Shown: positions 6,754-14,304 of the stretch, piece after piece | How positions within the stretch are numbered: position 1 is the first letter of the stretch | How the letters are laid out: every line of letters starts with the position of its first letter | Origin: an uncultured Clostridia bacterium | GTDB lineage: Bacteria > Bacillota > Clostridia > Oscillospirales > UBA644 | NCBI GenBank assembly: GCA_944386305.1 | Contig: CALXAN010000075.1 | Location: forward strand, 1 to 16,373 | Length of the DNA: 16,373 bases | Direction: 5' to 3' | Translations under genes and position numbers: made by a program | The notes under the pieces: model-generated | Databases searched by the model: none | Told to the model about the DNA's origin: nothing | Seen by the model: only the letters and a program-made list of their open reading frames with translations

Positions 6754-7839
6754 TTATTTTGCTGCATTGGCGGCTTCAAATGCTTTCATAAACCCTATCA
6801 GCTTCTCAACGCCCTCTATCGTCATGGCGTTGTACAGGCTCGCCCTCATGCCGCCTACGGTGCGATGCCCCTTCAGATTGACGAAACCGGCCGCGGCCGC
6901 TTCGCTGATAAATTTAGCGTCCAGCTCCTGGTCTCCGGTAACGAACGGGATGTTCATCATCGACCTGTCCTCGCCCTGTACGGTCGCACGGAACATATCC
7001 GAGGAGTCGAGATAGTCGTAGAACATGCCGCACTTGCGCATGTTTATCTGTTTCATGGCCTCGAGTCCGCCGATTTCGTCGCGGAGCCATTCGAGTATGA
7101 GCTTGCATATATATATGGAATAAGTAGGGGGAGTGTTGTACATGGAGCCGTTGTCCGCATGTATCTTGTACTGCAGCATTGTCGGAGTAAACGGCATGGG
7201 TTCGCTTATGAGATCCTGACGGATTATCACGATAGTCAGGCCCGCGGGGCCGAGGTTCTTCTGCGCGCCCGCAAATATAAGCCCGTACTTGGTCACGTCC
7301 ACAGGCTCGGAGCAGATGCATGAGGACAGGTCGGCCACCAGCGGCACCGACCCGGTCTGGGGCAGGCGGGAGTAGCGCGTGCCGTATATAGTGTTGTTCT
7401 GGCAGATATAGAAGTAGTCGGCCTGGCTGTCAAAGGTCGTCGGGTCAAGCTTGGGTATGTAGGAATATTTTTTGTCCGAAGAGTCTCCGACAATGTGTAC
7501 TTCACCGTATCTTTGGGCCTCCTGGCACGCCTTTTTGGCCCACTGGCCCGTTACGCAAATGTCTATCTTTTTCTTCTTCATAAGGTTGAGCGGGATCATG
7601 GCGAACTGCGTGGAACCGCCGCCCTGCAAAAAAAGCACCTTGTAGTTGTCGGGTATCCCCATAAGTTCGCGCAGCAGCGCTTCGGCGTCTTCGATAATCG
7701 CCGAAAAAGCCTTGGACCTGTGGCTCATCTCCAGCACCGACATACCCGAGCCGCTGCAGTCGAGCATCTCGTCGGCCGCTCTTTTGAGCACGGATTCGGG
7801 CATGGCGGACGGGCCCGCGGAAAAGTTGTACACTCTCAT
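6754..7839 (-). CDS. serC: 3-phosphoserine aminotransferase
   Basis: 361 aa. Class-V aminotransferase with the SerC signature (MRVYNFSAGPSAMPESVLKRA...FLQGGGSTQFAMIPLNL). RBS AAAGGAGCAG upstream of the ATG at 7839. Confidence 0.9.
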   Translation of the reverse strand: MRVYNFSAGPSAMPESVLKRAADEMLDCSGSGMSVLEMSHRSKAFSAIIEDAEALLRELMGIPDNYKVLFLQGGGSTQFAMIPLNLMKKKKIDICVTGQWAKKACQEAQRYGEVHIVGDSSDKKYSYIPKLDPTTFDSQADYFYICQNNTIYGTRYSRLPQTGSVPLVADLSSCICSEPVDVTKYGLIFAGAQKNLGPAGLTIVIIRQDLISEPMPFTPTMLQYKIHADNGSMYNTPPTYSIYICKLILEWLRDEIGGLEAMKQINMRKCGMFYDYLDSSDMFRATVQGEDRSMMNIPFVTGDQELDAKFISEAAAAGFVNLKGHRTVGGMRASLYNAMTIEGVEKLIGFMKAFEAANAAK

Positions 7840-7887
7840 TTTATCTGCTCCTTTACTGAACTGAATGCATATAATGTATCAGCAAAT

Positions 7888-7916
7888 ATTATACTACCGC
7901 AGCCGATATTTGTCAA
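7888..7916 (-). promoter_or_regulatory. Consensus sigma70 promoter for serC–serA
   Basis: On the minus strand: TTGACA (7916-7911), exact 17-bp spacer, TATAAT (7893-7888). The predicted TSS is about 40 nt upstream of the serC ATG. Confidence 0.5.
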
Positions 7917-7951
7917 TAGCCGTCCCCTGCCGAGGCGTTCGGCCGCTTTTT

Positions 7952-7980
7952 TTGTCAGGAGTAATTCGGCAGCATATACT
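7952..7980 (+). promoter_or_regulatory. Divergent sigma70-like promoter for the DUF3343/cysteine-desulfurase pair
   Basis: TTGTCA (7952-7957), 17-bp spacer, TATACT (7975-7980). The leader is about 145 nt and contains a CCCGC/GCGGG hairpin followed by TGTCTTTT (about 8071-8099). I could not fold it confidently; it may be an attenuator. Confidence 0.4.
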
Positions 7981-8130
7981 GTAAAAGAGGTATGTTCAAC
8001 AAGACGCAGTGCGCCGCCGTTCAGCGATTCGGCGCCCAACTGCGCCTCCGCTGAAAAAAGTCGACGGAACCCGCCTTCTCAGATGCGGGGGACGCCTGTC
8101 TTTTAGTTATATCTCGGAAAGGACAGTGAA

Positions 8131-8358
8131 ATGTCTAAGATGAACAAATGTATTCTCGTGCGTTCGGTGACTTATGCGCAGAAAGCGCGCAGGCTGCTGG
8201 AGCAGAATAATATAAAATCGACCGTCTGCAAGCAGCTGCGCGCCTCGCGCTACGGCTGCGCATGGTGCGTTATAGTAGACGAAAGCCTGCAGGGTCGGGC
8301 CCTGGATATACTCGGACGGGGCGGAGTGATGATGACGGGAGACGTGTATTATGTATGA
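8131..8358 (+). CDS. DUF3343-like small protein (putative Se/S carrier-like) that typically pairs with class-V desulfurases
   Basis: 75 aa with RBS GGAAAGGA. The pattern RSVTYAQKARRLLEQNNIKSTV...ASRYGCAWCV fits the DUF3343 S-x-T/S-hA...L...gI...P..l..sCG core. Its stop overlaps the next start (ATGTATGA). Confidence 0.6.
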   Translation: MSKMNKCILVRSVTYAQKARRLLEQNNIKSTVCKQLRASRYGCAWCVIVDESLQGRALDILGRGGVMMTGDVYYV

Positions 8359-9484
8359 CAGAAGGATTGTATATGCGGACAACGCGGCCTCGTCTTTCCC
8401 CAAGCCTCAATGCGTAATCAGGGCTGTGGTAAATTCTCTTAAGCGCAACGCCGCCAATCCCGGCCGGAGCGGACATGTCCTGTCCGTAGACGCGGCCCGA
8501 ACGGTGTACGAAGCCAGGTGCGCCGCGGGTGAGTTCTTTGACTGTGACGAAAACGGAATCATTTTTACTCAAAACGCGACGCATGCTCTCAATATCCTCA
8601 TAATGGGCGCATTGTGCCCGGGCGACCATGTGCTTATCTCCGACATGGAGCACAACAGCGTGCTGCGGCCCCTGACCGCCCTTAAGCAAAGGGGCACAGT
8701 TACCTTCGATGTAGTCAGCACGGACGGCGATTATGTGCTCGGATTTGAACGGGCAATAAGACCCAATACGCGCATGATAATATGCACCCACGCCTCCAAT
8801 GTGACCGGCCGCCTGTTCGACGTGGCCCGAATAGCCTCCGTTGCGAAAAGACGCGGCGTGCTTTTTGCGGTCGACGCTTCTCAGTCTGCCGGGTACGCGG
8901 ATCTGCGCATGAGGCGGGATCACATAGACTTCCTGTGTACGGCGGGACATAAGGGGCTGCTCGCTCCGCAGGGTTCGGGTATTTTGGCTATAAACTGCGA
9001 AGTCCCCGTCAGTCCGCTGACTTACGGCGGTACGGGCACGGAGTCGCTCAGCGCTCTGCAGCCGCCCACGCTGCCCGAAGCCCTCGAGGCGGGAACTCTG
9101 TGTACCCCGGCCATAGCGGGGCTTAAGGCGGCTTTGGGATACCTTATGCATTCGCACAGCGAGCTGCAGGCCAGGGAGCGCAGGCTTATCGGCGGCTTTA
9201 TAGACGGTCTGTCTCAGATAGACGGGGTCAGGATATACGAACCTGCCGCAGAGCGGGTGCCGACCGTGTCTTTTAACCTGAAAGGCTATGACTCCGAACA
9301 GGTCGCCTCAATGCTCGACCGCAGCGGAATATGCGTCCGCGGCGGCTGGCACTGCTCCGCGCTGGCCCACGGCGCGCTGGGAACGGCCGGTGTGGGCGCG
9401 GTGCGCGTGTCGTTCGGCCCGTTCAATACAGAGGCGGATGCGCGCAGGATATTGAAATGTATCAGAGATATTAAAAAAATATAG
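8351..9484 (+). CDS. Cysteine desulfurase-family aminotransferase class V (NifS/IscS/SufS-like or selenocysteine lyase-like)
   Basis: 377 aa. Class-V fold with a PLP-Lys region (FLCTAGHKGLLAPQGSGIL) and a substrate loop. It is translationally coupled to the DUF3343 ORF. Confidence 0.85.
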   Translation: MYDRRIVYADNAASSFPKPQCVIRAVVNSLKRNAANPGRSGHVLSVDAARTVYEARCAAGEFFDCDENGIIFTQNATHALNILIMGALCPGDHVLISDMEHNSVLRPLTALKQRGTVTFDVVSTDGDYVLGFERAIRPNTRMIICTHASNVTGRLFDVARIASVAKRRGVLFAVDASQSAGYADLRMRRDHIDFLCTAGHKGLLAPQGSGILAINCEVPVSPLTYGGTGTESLSALQPPTLPEALEAGTLCTPAIAGLKAALGYLMHSHSELQARERRLIGGFIDGLSQIDGVRIYEPAAERVPTVSFNLKGYDSEQVASMLDRSGICVRGGWHCSALAHGALGTAGVGAVRVSFGPFNTEADARRILKCIRDIKKI

Positions 9485-9501
9485 TTTTTTGCGAAAGGCT
9501 A

Positions 9502-9530
9502 TTGATTTTATATTAGATTGTTGTTAAAAT
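9502..9530 (+). promoter_or_regulatory. Candidate promoter for cdaA: TTGATT, 17 bp, TGtTAAAAT (extended -10)
   Basis: -35 TTGATT 9502-9507, spacer 17, TG at 9522-9523, -10 TAAAAT 9525-9530. It is about 65 nt upstream of ATG 9596. Confidence 0.45.
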
Positions 9531-9565
9531 AGTATATGTATCGGTAGGTACATATACTATTTTAA
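9524..9565. promoter_or_regulatory. Perfect 17-bp inverted repeat (8-bp spacer) overlapping the -10 and +1 of the cdaA promoter; putative operator
   Basis: TTAAAATAGTATATGTA (9524-9540), spacer tcggtagg, TACATATACTATTTTAA (9549-9565). The two arms are exact reverse complements. Confidence 0.4.
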
Positions 9566-9595
9566 TATATATACAGATTGGGGAGAGTTGAGGGG

Positions 9596-10459
9596 ATGAG
9601 AGCCTTTTTTGACGGCGTTGCGGAATATTTCAGAGAGATCTTCAGCTCGCCCCTGACTCTGCTGCAGGATGTGCTGGACATACTCCTGATCGCCGTGATG
9701 GTGTATGCCGTCATACGCTTTATGCGCGATACTCGCGCCGCCCAGCTCATAAAGGGCTTTGTCATCCTGCTGGTTGTGCAGCTGGTGACCAAGTATCTGC
9801 AGCTGACGGCCTCGTATTATATACTCAGCAAGATACTCGAGTTCGGTATTCTTGCGCTTATCATCATATTCCAGCCCGAGCTGCGCAGCGCGCTGGAGCG
9901 CATAGGCCGCAAGGGCATATCTTCGTTTGCCTCGCTGGGCGAGCATTCGGAGTCCGACGATACCAAGGCCATGATCCACAGCGTGTGCGACGCCGTGGCC
10001 AATCTGTCTGCCACCAAGACCGGCGCGCTGATAGTCATCGAGCATGAGACGAAGCTGGGAGAGATAATCAATACCGGCATCAGACTCGACGCCACCCCGT
10101 CGGCGGAGCTTATAGGCAACGTATTTTACCCCAAGGCCCCGCTGCACGACGGCGCGATGATAATACGCAACAACAAGATCTACGCTGCGGGCTGCTTCCT
10201 GCCGCTCTCCACGCGCGAAGTGGGCAGCGATTTGGGCACGCGCCACCGCGCGGCGCTCGGCGTCAGCGAGATATCTGACGCGATTGTTGTGGTCGTGTCT
10301 GAGGAAACGGGTATAATTTCTATCGCAAACGGCGGCAGGCTCAACCGCAGACTGACGCCCGACGCTCTCAGCTCGTATCTGACGCAGCGTCTCGTCGCCT
10401 CAGAGGAAAAGAAAAAGAAGGACATTTTTTCCGGTCTGTGGAAGGGGAGGAAAAAATGA
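9596..10459 (+). CDS. cdaA: Diadenylate cyclase (c-di-AMP synthase), membrane-anchored
   Basis: Three N-terminal TM helices plus a DAC domain (TGALIVIE, HDGAMIIR, LGTRHRAALG). ATG 9596 with RBS GAGGGG. Its stop overlaps the cdaR start (ATGA). Confidence 0.9.
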   Translation: MRAFFDGVAEYFREIFSSPLTLLQDVLDILLIAVMVYAVIRFMRDTRAAQLIKGFVILLVVQLVTKYLQLTASYYILSKILEFGILALIIIFQPELRSALERIGRKGISSFASLGEHSESDDTKAMIHSVCDAVANLSATKTGALIVIEHETKLGEIINTGIRLDATPSAELIGNVFYPKAPLHDGAMIIRNNKIYAAGCFLPLSTREVGSDLGTRHRAALGVSEISDAIVVVVSEETGIISIANGGRLNRRLTPDALSSYLTQRLVASEEKKKKDIFSGLWKGRKK

Positions 10460-11706
10460 AGAAGATAGCCGCATTATGGCATAAGCTGCTGTACAGCAAG
10501 ACGTTTATACGCATCGCGTCTGTGCTGATAGCCCTTGTCGTATGGATAATAGTGATGAACGTGGCCAGCCCCACCAATACGCGCACGATAGAGGGGATCC
10601 CCGTACAGATAAACTACGAGAACTCCACCCCGTACAGAAACGGCCTGATGATGCTGACACAGGATAACAGCTTTGCCGTGGACGTCGAGCTGGAGGGGCC
10701 GAGGACGACGCTGCTGACTTTGGGCGAAGATGATATACACGCGGAGTTTAGTCTCGACGCTATAACCGCTCCCGGCACCTACTCTATTCCGGTCAAAATC
10801 ACCGTGGACCGCGATAACGTGGACGTCAAGTCCATATCTCCCGACGAGGCGTTCATGATAAGATTCGCTTATTCTGCCACCAAGACCCTGCCCGTGACGA
10901 TATCGTACTCGGGTTCGGCGGAGAGCGGATTTGTGATAGATTCCGAGGTCGTGGAGCCGACCAATGTTACCGTTACCGGCCCCGCCGATACCGTGGAGCT
11001 TATCGATTCGGCCTACGTTTCCGTAAATCTGCAGGACAAACAGGCCCCGTTTTCCGATACCGATATTATACGTTTCCGCGATGCGGAAGGCAACGATGTA
11101 GACGGCAGATACCTTACTTTGAGCGCTGATTCGGCGGACGTGCAGGTCAATCTGCTGTATACCAAGGCCGTGCCCTTCCATTTGGAGCTGTACAACTCTA
11201 CCGGAGGCAATGAGAACGAGTATACCACGCTCCGCTGGTCCCAGGATACTATTACCGTCGCCGGAGACAGAGATACGGTATCGCAGATAGAGTATATTGA
11301 CCTCGGCCGTCTCGACTTGTCCGAACTGTCCGGCGCCACTACCTTGACATACGAGCTGCCTGTTCTTGAGGGCATAACATATCGGGACGCCAACGAGACC
11401 CAAACCGTGGACGTCACCGTAGACATGGGCAATACCCGCACCAAGACCCTCAGCGTCTCCGCATATAACCTAAACAGGTATGTCAGCTACATGAACGGTT
11501 CGGGTGTGGATATGAGCATCACCTCCTCCGTGCGCATTACCGTGCGCACTCAGTCGGAGGATTCCGACGAGGTGTCGATATCAAATCTTGTGTACAGGGT
11601 CGATACTTCGGTAACGGACGAAGAGGGGAGATATAAACTCAACGTGTCGCTCCCCGAGGGCGTGGCGGGCACCGTTTTGGGAGAATATTATGTTTCGGCA
11701 GAATGA
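10456..11706 (+). CDS. cdaR: CdaR / YbbR-repeat regulator of CdaA
   Basis: N-terminal TM segment (IRIASVLIALVVWIIVMNV) followed by YbbR-like beta-rich repeats. RBS GGGGAGG. It occupies the position immediately downstream of cdaA, as expected for cdaR. Confidence 0.8.
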   Translation: MKKIAALWHKLLYSKTFIRIASVLIALVVWIIVMNVASPTNTRTIEGIPVQINYENSTPYRNGLMMLTQDNSFAVDVELEGPRTTLLTLGEDDIHAEFSLDAITAPGTYSIPVKITVDRDNVDVKSISPDEAFMIRFAYSATKTLPVTISYSGSAESGFVIDSEVVEPTNVTVTGPADTVELIDSAYVSVNLQDKQAPFSDTDIIRFRDAEGNDVDGRYLTLSADSADVQVNLLYTKAVPFHLELYNSTGGNENEYTTLRWSQDTITVAGDRDTVSQIEYIDLGRLDLSELSGATTLTYELPVLEGITYRDANETQTVDVTVDMGNTRTKTLSVSAYNLNRYVSYMNGSGVDMSITSSVRITVRTQSEDSDEVSISNLVYRVDTSVTDEEGRYKLNVSLPEGVAGTVLGEYYVSAE

Positions 11707-13225
11707 GTTCAATAAGGTTATACACGGCATCTCGTTGCCTCTGAGCGCAGGACCTGAGCAGGCCTGCGCTCAGGCTTTGAAGAAGGCCGGTTTGCCGCAG
11801 GATACTCCCTGCGCGGTATACAGACGTTCCGTAGATGCCCGCCGCAGAGGCAATATCCGCCGCGTTTACAGCGTGGCCGTGCGTACCGACAGGCAGAGCG
11901 AGCTGCTCAAGCCTCTCGTCTTTTACCGCTTTGAGCCTCAGCGGATCAATCGTTCGGCCAGGCCGATAGTCGTCGGTTCGGGCCCTGCGGGACTTTTCTG
12001 CGCGTATACATTGGCAGAATACGGCCTTGGGCCTATTGTTGTCGAACGCGGCCGCGACGTCGATTCCAGGGCGGCGGACGTCGAGGCTTTCAGACACGGC
12101 GGCGCGCTCGACCCCGACAGCAACGTCCAGTTCGGAGAGGGCGGCGCGGGCACCTTTTCGGACGGTAAGCTCATGACCCGCATAAACGACCCCCGCTGCG
12201 GCCGCGTACTGCAGATATTCAATCAATGCGGCGCGCCCGACGATATACTGTCAGACGCCAGGCCGCATATCGGCACCGACGTGCTCAGGTCGGTCATTAA
12301 GGAGCTGCGCCGGAAGATAATCTCCATGGGCGGCGTTTTTTACTATAACGCCAAGCTTACCGATATCGAGGCTCAGGACGGCAGGCTGAGAGCGATATAT
12401 CTTAACGGCGACAGGTACGACTGCTCCGTTGCAGTCGCGGCCGTGGGCAACAGCGCCAGGGATACTTTCAGAATGTTCTCGGCTCGCGGAGTGCCCGTTC
12501 AGGCCAAGCCCTTTTCGGTAGGCTTCCGCATGGAATACCTGCAGCGCGACGTGGACGAGGCCATGTACGGCGCCGCGAGCGGACAGCTGCCTGCGGCTGA
12601 GTATAACTTTTCAAAAGTCTTTGCCCAGGGCCAGTGCGCATACAGCTTCTGCATGTGCCCCGGCGGCAGCGTGATAAACGCCGCCTCCGAACCTCTCAGC
12701 GTAGTTACAAACGGTATGAGCCTGCACGCCAGGGACGGCGTCAACGCAAACTCCGCCCTGCTGGCGTCCGTCAGCTTCGATACTCCGGAGCAGGGCATGC
12801 AGTTTCAGGAACATTTGGAGCGGGCCGCGTATAAGCTCGGCGGCGGGAACGCTCCCTGCACTTTGAAGAAGAACTTCCTCGACGGCACGGTTCCGTCGTC
12901 GTTCGGCCGCGTCAAGCCCACGGTTTTGCCCGGCGCGGCGTTCTGCGACCTTGAGTCTCTGTATCCGCCGCAGACGGCGGCTCTGCTGCGCAGAGGCCTG
13001 CACGAATTCGGCAAAGCGGTCATTGACCGCCCCGACGCCGTCCTCACAGGCCCCGAAACCCGCACCTCCTCTCCTCTCAGAATACTGCGAAACCGCGATT
13101 CCTTTGAATCGATCGGTATATCGGGCCTTTACCCGTGCGGCGAGGGCGCAGGCTATGCGGGCGGAATAATGAGCTCCGCCGTCGACGGCATAAGGACGGC
13201 CGAGGCCATAATACAAAGAATATAA
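11690..13225 (+). CDS. NAD(P)/FAD-dependent oxidoreductase (COG2509-like)
   Basis: 511 aa. Rossmann dinucleotide motif IVVGSGPAGLFCAYTLAEYG and a C-terminal FAD-fold motif GLYPCGEGAGYAGGIMSSAVDG. It overlaps the cdaR end by 17 nt. Confidence 0.85.
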   Translation: MFRQNEFNKVIHGISLPLSAGPEQACAQALKKAGLPQDTPCAVYRRSVDARRRGNIRRVYSVAVRTDRQSELLKPLVFYRFEPQRINRSARPIVVGSGPAGLFCAYTLAEYGLGPIVVERGRDVDSRAADVEAFRHGGALDPDSNVQFGEGGAGTFSDGKLMTRINDPRCGRVLQIFNQCGAPDDILSDARPHIGTDVLRSVIKELRRKIISMGGVFYYNAKLTDIEAQDGRLRAIYLNGDRYDCSVAVAAVGNSARDTFRMFSARGVPVQAKPFSVGFRMEYLQRDVDEAMYGAASGQLPAAEYNFSKVFAQGQCAYSFCMCPGGSVINAASEPLSVVTNGMSLHARDGVNANSALLASVSFDTPEQGMQFQEHLERAAYKLGGGNAPCTLKKNFLDGTVPSSFGRVKPTVLPGAAFCDLESLYPPQTAALLRRGLHEFGKAVIDRPDAVLTGPETRTSSPLRILRNRDSFESIGISGLYPCGEGAGYAGGIMSSAVDGIRTAEAIIQRI

Positions 13226-13260
13226 AGAAGCGGAACCATTGCGAGGAAGTCAATCGAACA

Positions 13261-13355
13261 GGTAAAGCGTATTTTCAAAAAAGCGGCGGTAAAGCGTGAC
13301 TTTTTTCAAAAAAAGGAGCGGCGGTAAAGCGTGAATTTTTTCAAAAAGGGAGCGG
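13261..13355. repeat. Three tandem direct repeats of about 27-35 bp: GGTAAAGCGT-(N2-3)-TTTT(TT)CAAAAA(AA)-G(GA)GCGGC
   Basis: Copies at 13261-13287, 13288-13322 and 13323-13355. Each contains the near-palindrome TTTTTTCAAAAAA. They are followed by the palindrome CCCGCGGG (13366-13373). Confidence 0.7.
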
Positions 13356-13430
13356 TACCGAGCGCCCCGCGGGCGAACTGCAGCGATAACCTGCCGGCGA
13401 AGCAGAGAGAATACATAAAATAGGGGATTT

Positions 13431-13610
13431 GAAAAATTTAGAGAATAAAAGAATTTGGAAAATAAAGAAAATAAGAAAAATTTAGAGAACAATAGAATTT
13501 AGAGAATAAAGAAAATAAGAAAATTTAGTGAACAAGAGAATTTAGAAAATAAAGAAAATAAGAAAAATCTAGAGAACAAGAAAATTTAGAGAATAATAGA
13601 ACATAGACAT
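13431..13610. repeat. A-rich minisatellite of about 4 copies with a 43-bp period, built from alternating 17-bp and 26-bp sub-units
   Basis: TTTAGAGAA-type starts recur at 13438, 13481, 13498, 13524, 13541, 13568 and 13585 (spacing 43, 17, 26, 17, 27, 17). The units are [TTTAGAGAAyAAnAGAA][TTTrGArAATAAAGAAAATAAGAAAAA]. No unique spacers separate them and all plus-strand frames have stops. Confidence 0.7.
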
Positions 13611-14111
13611 AGGATACAGAAAAATACGGAGAATGCAGCTATCGGCCGTCGAGCTGTTTGCTGCATGTTTGCGAATATTTCGACAATATTCTCAATCGTA
13701 TGTCTTCGCCGAGAGAAGTTTCTGAAGTCAAAAGCATGAGTCATAAAAGCAAATCATGTCGAAAAACATTAAAATAATCGAGCGTATTTCTCCCGCAATC
13801 AATGAGCGAATAAGCGAGGCGGAAAAGTCAGAAAAGTACGGATTTAATGGATAATAAAAATATTGTCGAAATCGCGTATAAGAATTCGCCTAAGTTTGAG
13901 CCCTATATTTTAAACGAAGGGAAATACGAAAAGCTTAAAGTCAACGAAGGGGATAAAACATTGTCTAAAGCAAAATTTCGACTTAGATTGAGTGTTTAGG
14001 GGTCGATGTTTTGCTCAGAATTTGCAATAAGGAGAGTTTGAGCAAAAAATGTTGACATCGAAAAAGTCTATGTATCGGCAGCATATTTGCGCAAACTTAT
14101 TTTTCGCAGAT

Positions 14112-14156
14112 ACGGCAGAGCCGCAGGATTTTCCTGCGGCTCTGCCGTTTTTTTAT
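14112..14156 (+). terminator. Strong rho-independent terminator in plus-strand orientation with no annotated plus-strand gene upstream
   Basis: ACGGCAGAGCCGCAGG (14112-14127), loop ATTTT, CCTGCGGCTCTGCCGT (14133-14148), then a T7 run (14148-14155). In the minus orientation no U-tract follows the stem. Confidence 0.65.
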
Positions 14157-14304
14157 CCATTATAACTGAGAAATAATCCTTTGTCTGAGTCCGCGGGTTT
14201 CGTCGATTTTCTTTCAACGACCGCCTCTTTCTTTATTGCATAGCGAGGCTCCGCGCTCTGAGGATTTTGCCGCGTCAGTCTTGCTCTGTTTGAACGTTGA
14301 TATC

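Noticed and set aside
7929-7953. Hairpin GCCGA-ggcgt-TCGGC plus CGC-TTTTTTT as a plus-strand terminator
   Set aside because: There is no plus-strand gene upstream to terminate. The T-run abuts the -35 of the divergent plus promoter. I treat it as AT-rich upstream promoter DNA.
5692-13216. Long overlapping or antisense ORFs from the track: 5692..6315+, 5864..6133+, 6251..7015+, 6607..7323+, 6914..7321-, 7495..8106+, 8270..9157-, 9557..10246-, 9817..10119-, 10474..11403-, 11013..11444-, 11639..12226-, 11938..12222-, 12611..13216-, 12805..13065-
   Set aside because: All lie antisense or out of frame inside high-GC genes with clear homology-type signatures (serA, serC, desulfurase, cdaA, cdaR, FAD oxidoreductase). 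Stop-codon paucity in GC-rich DNA explains them. They have no RBSs or recognisable motifs.
13431-13610. CRISPR array
   Set aside because: The repeats are contiguous and degenerate with no unique spacers between them. The units are A-rich low complexity rather than 28–37-bp partially palindromic repeats. There are no cas genes nearby.
14152-14160. DnaA-box-like TTATCCATT, and the idea that the repeat-rich gap is a replication origin
   Set aside because: It is a single 7-of-9 match with no cluster of boxes, no dnaA or dnaN nearby, and no AT-rich DUE adjacent.
13756-14165. Small plus-strand ORFs (33 aa at 13756, 50 aa at 13848, 38 aa at 14049) as annotated CDSs
   Set aside because: They have no or poorly spaced Shine-Dalgarno sequences and no recognisable motifs. 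One runs through the terminator stem. They are retained only as a hypothesis under the orphan-terminator finding.
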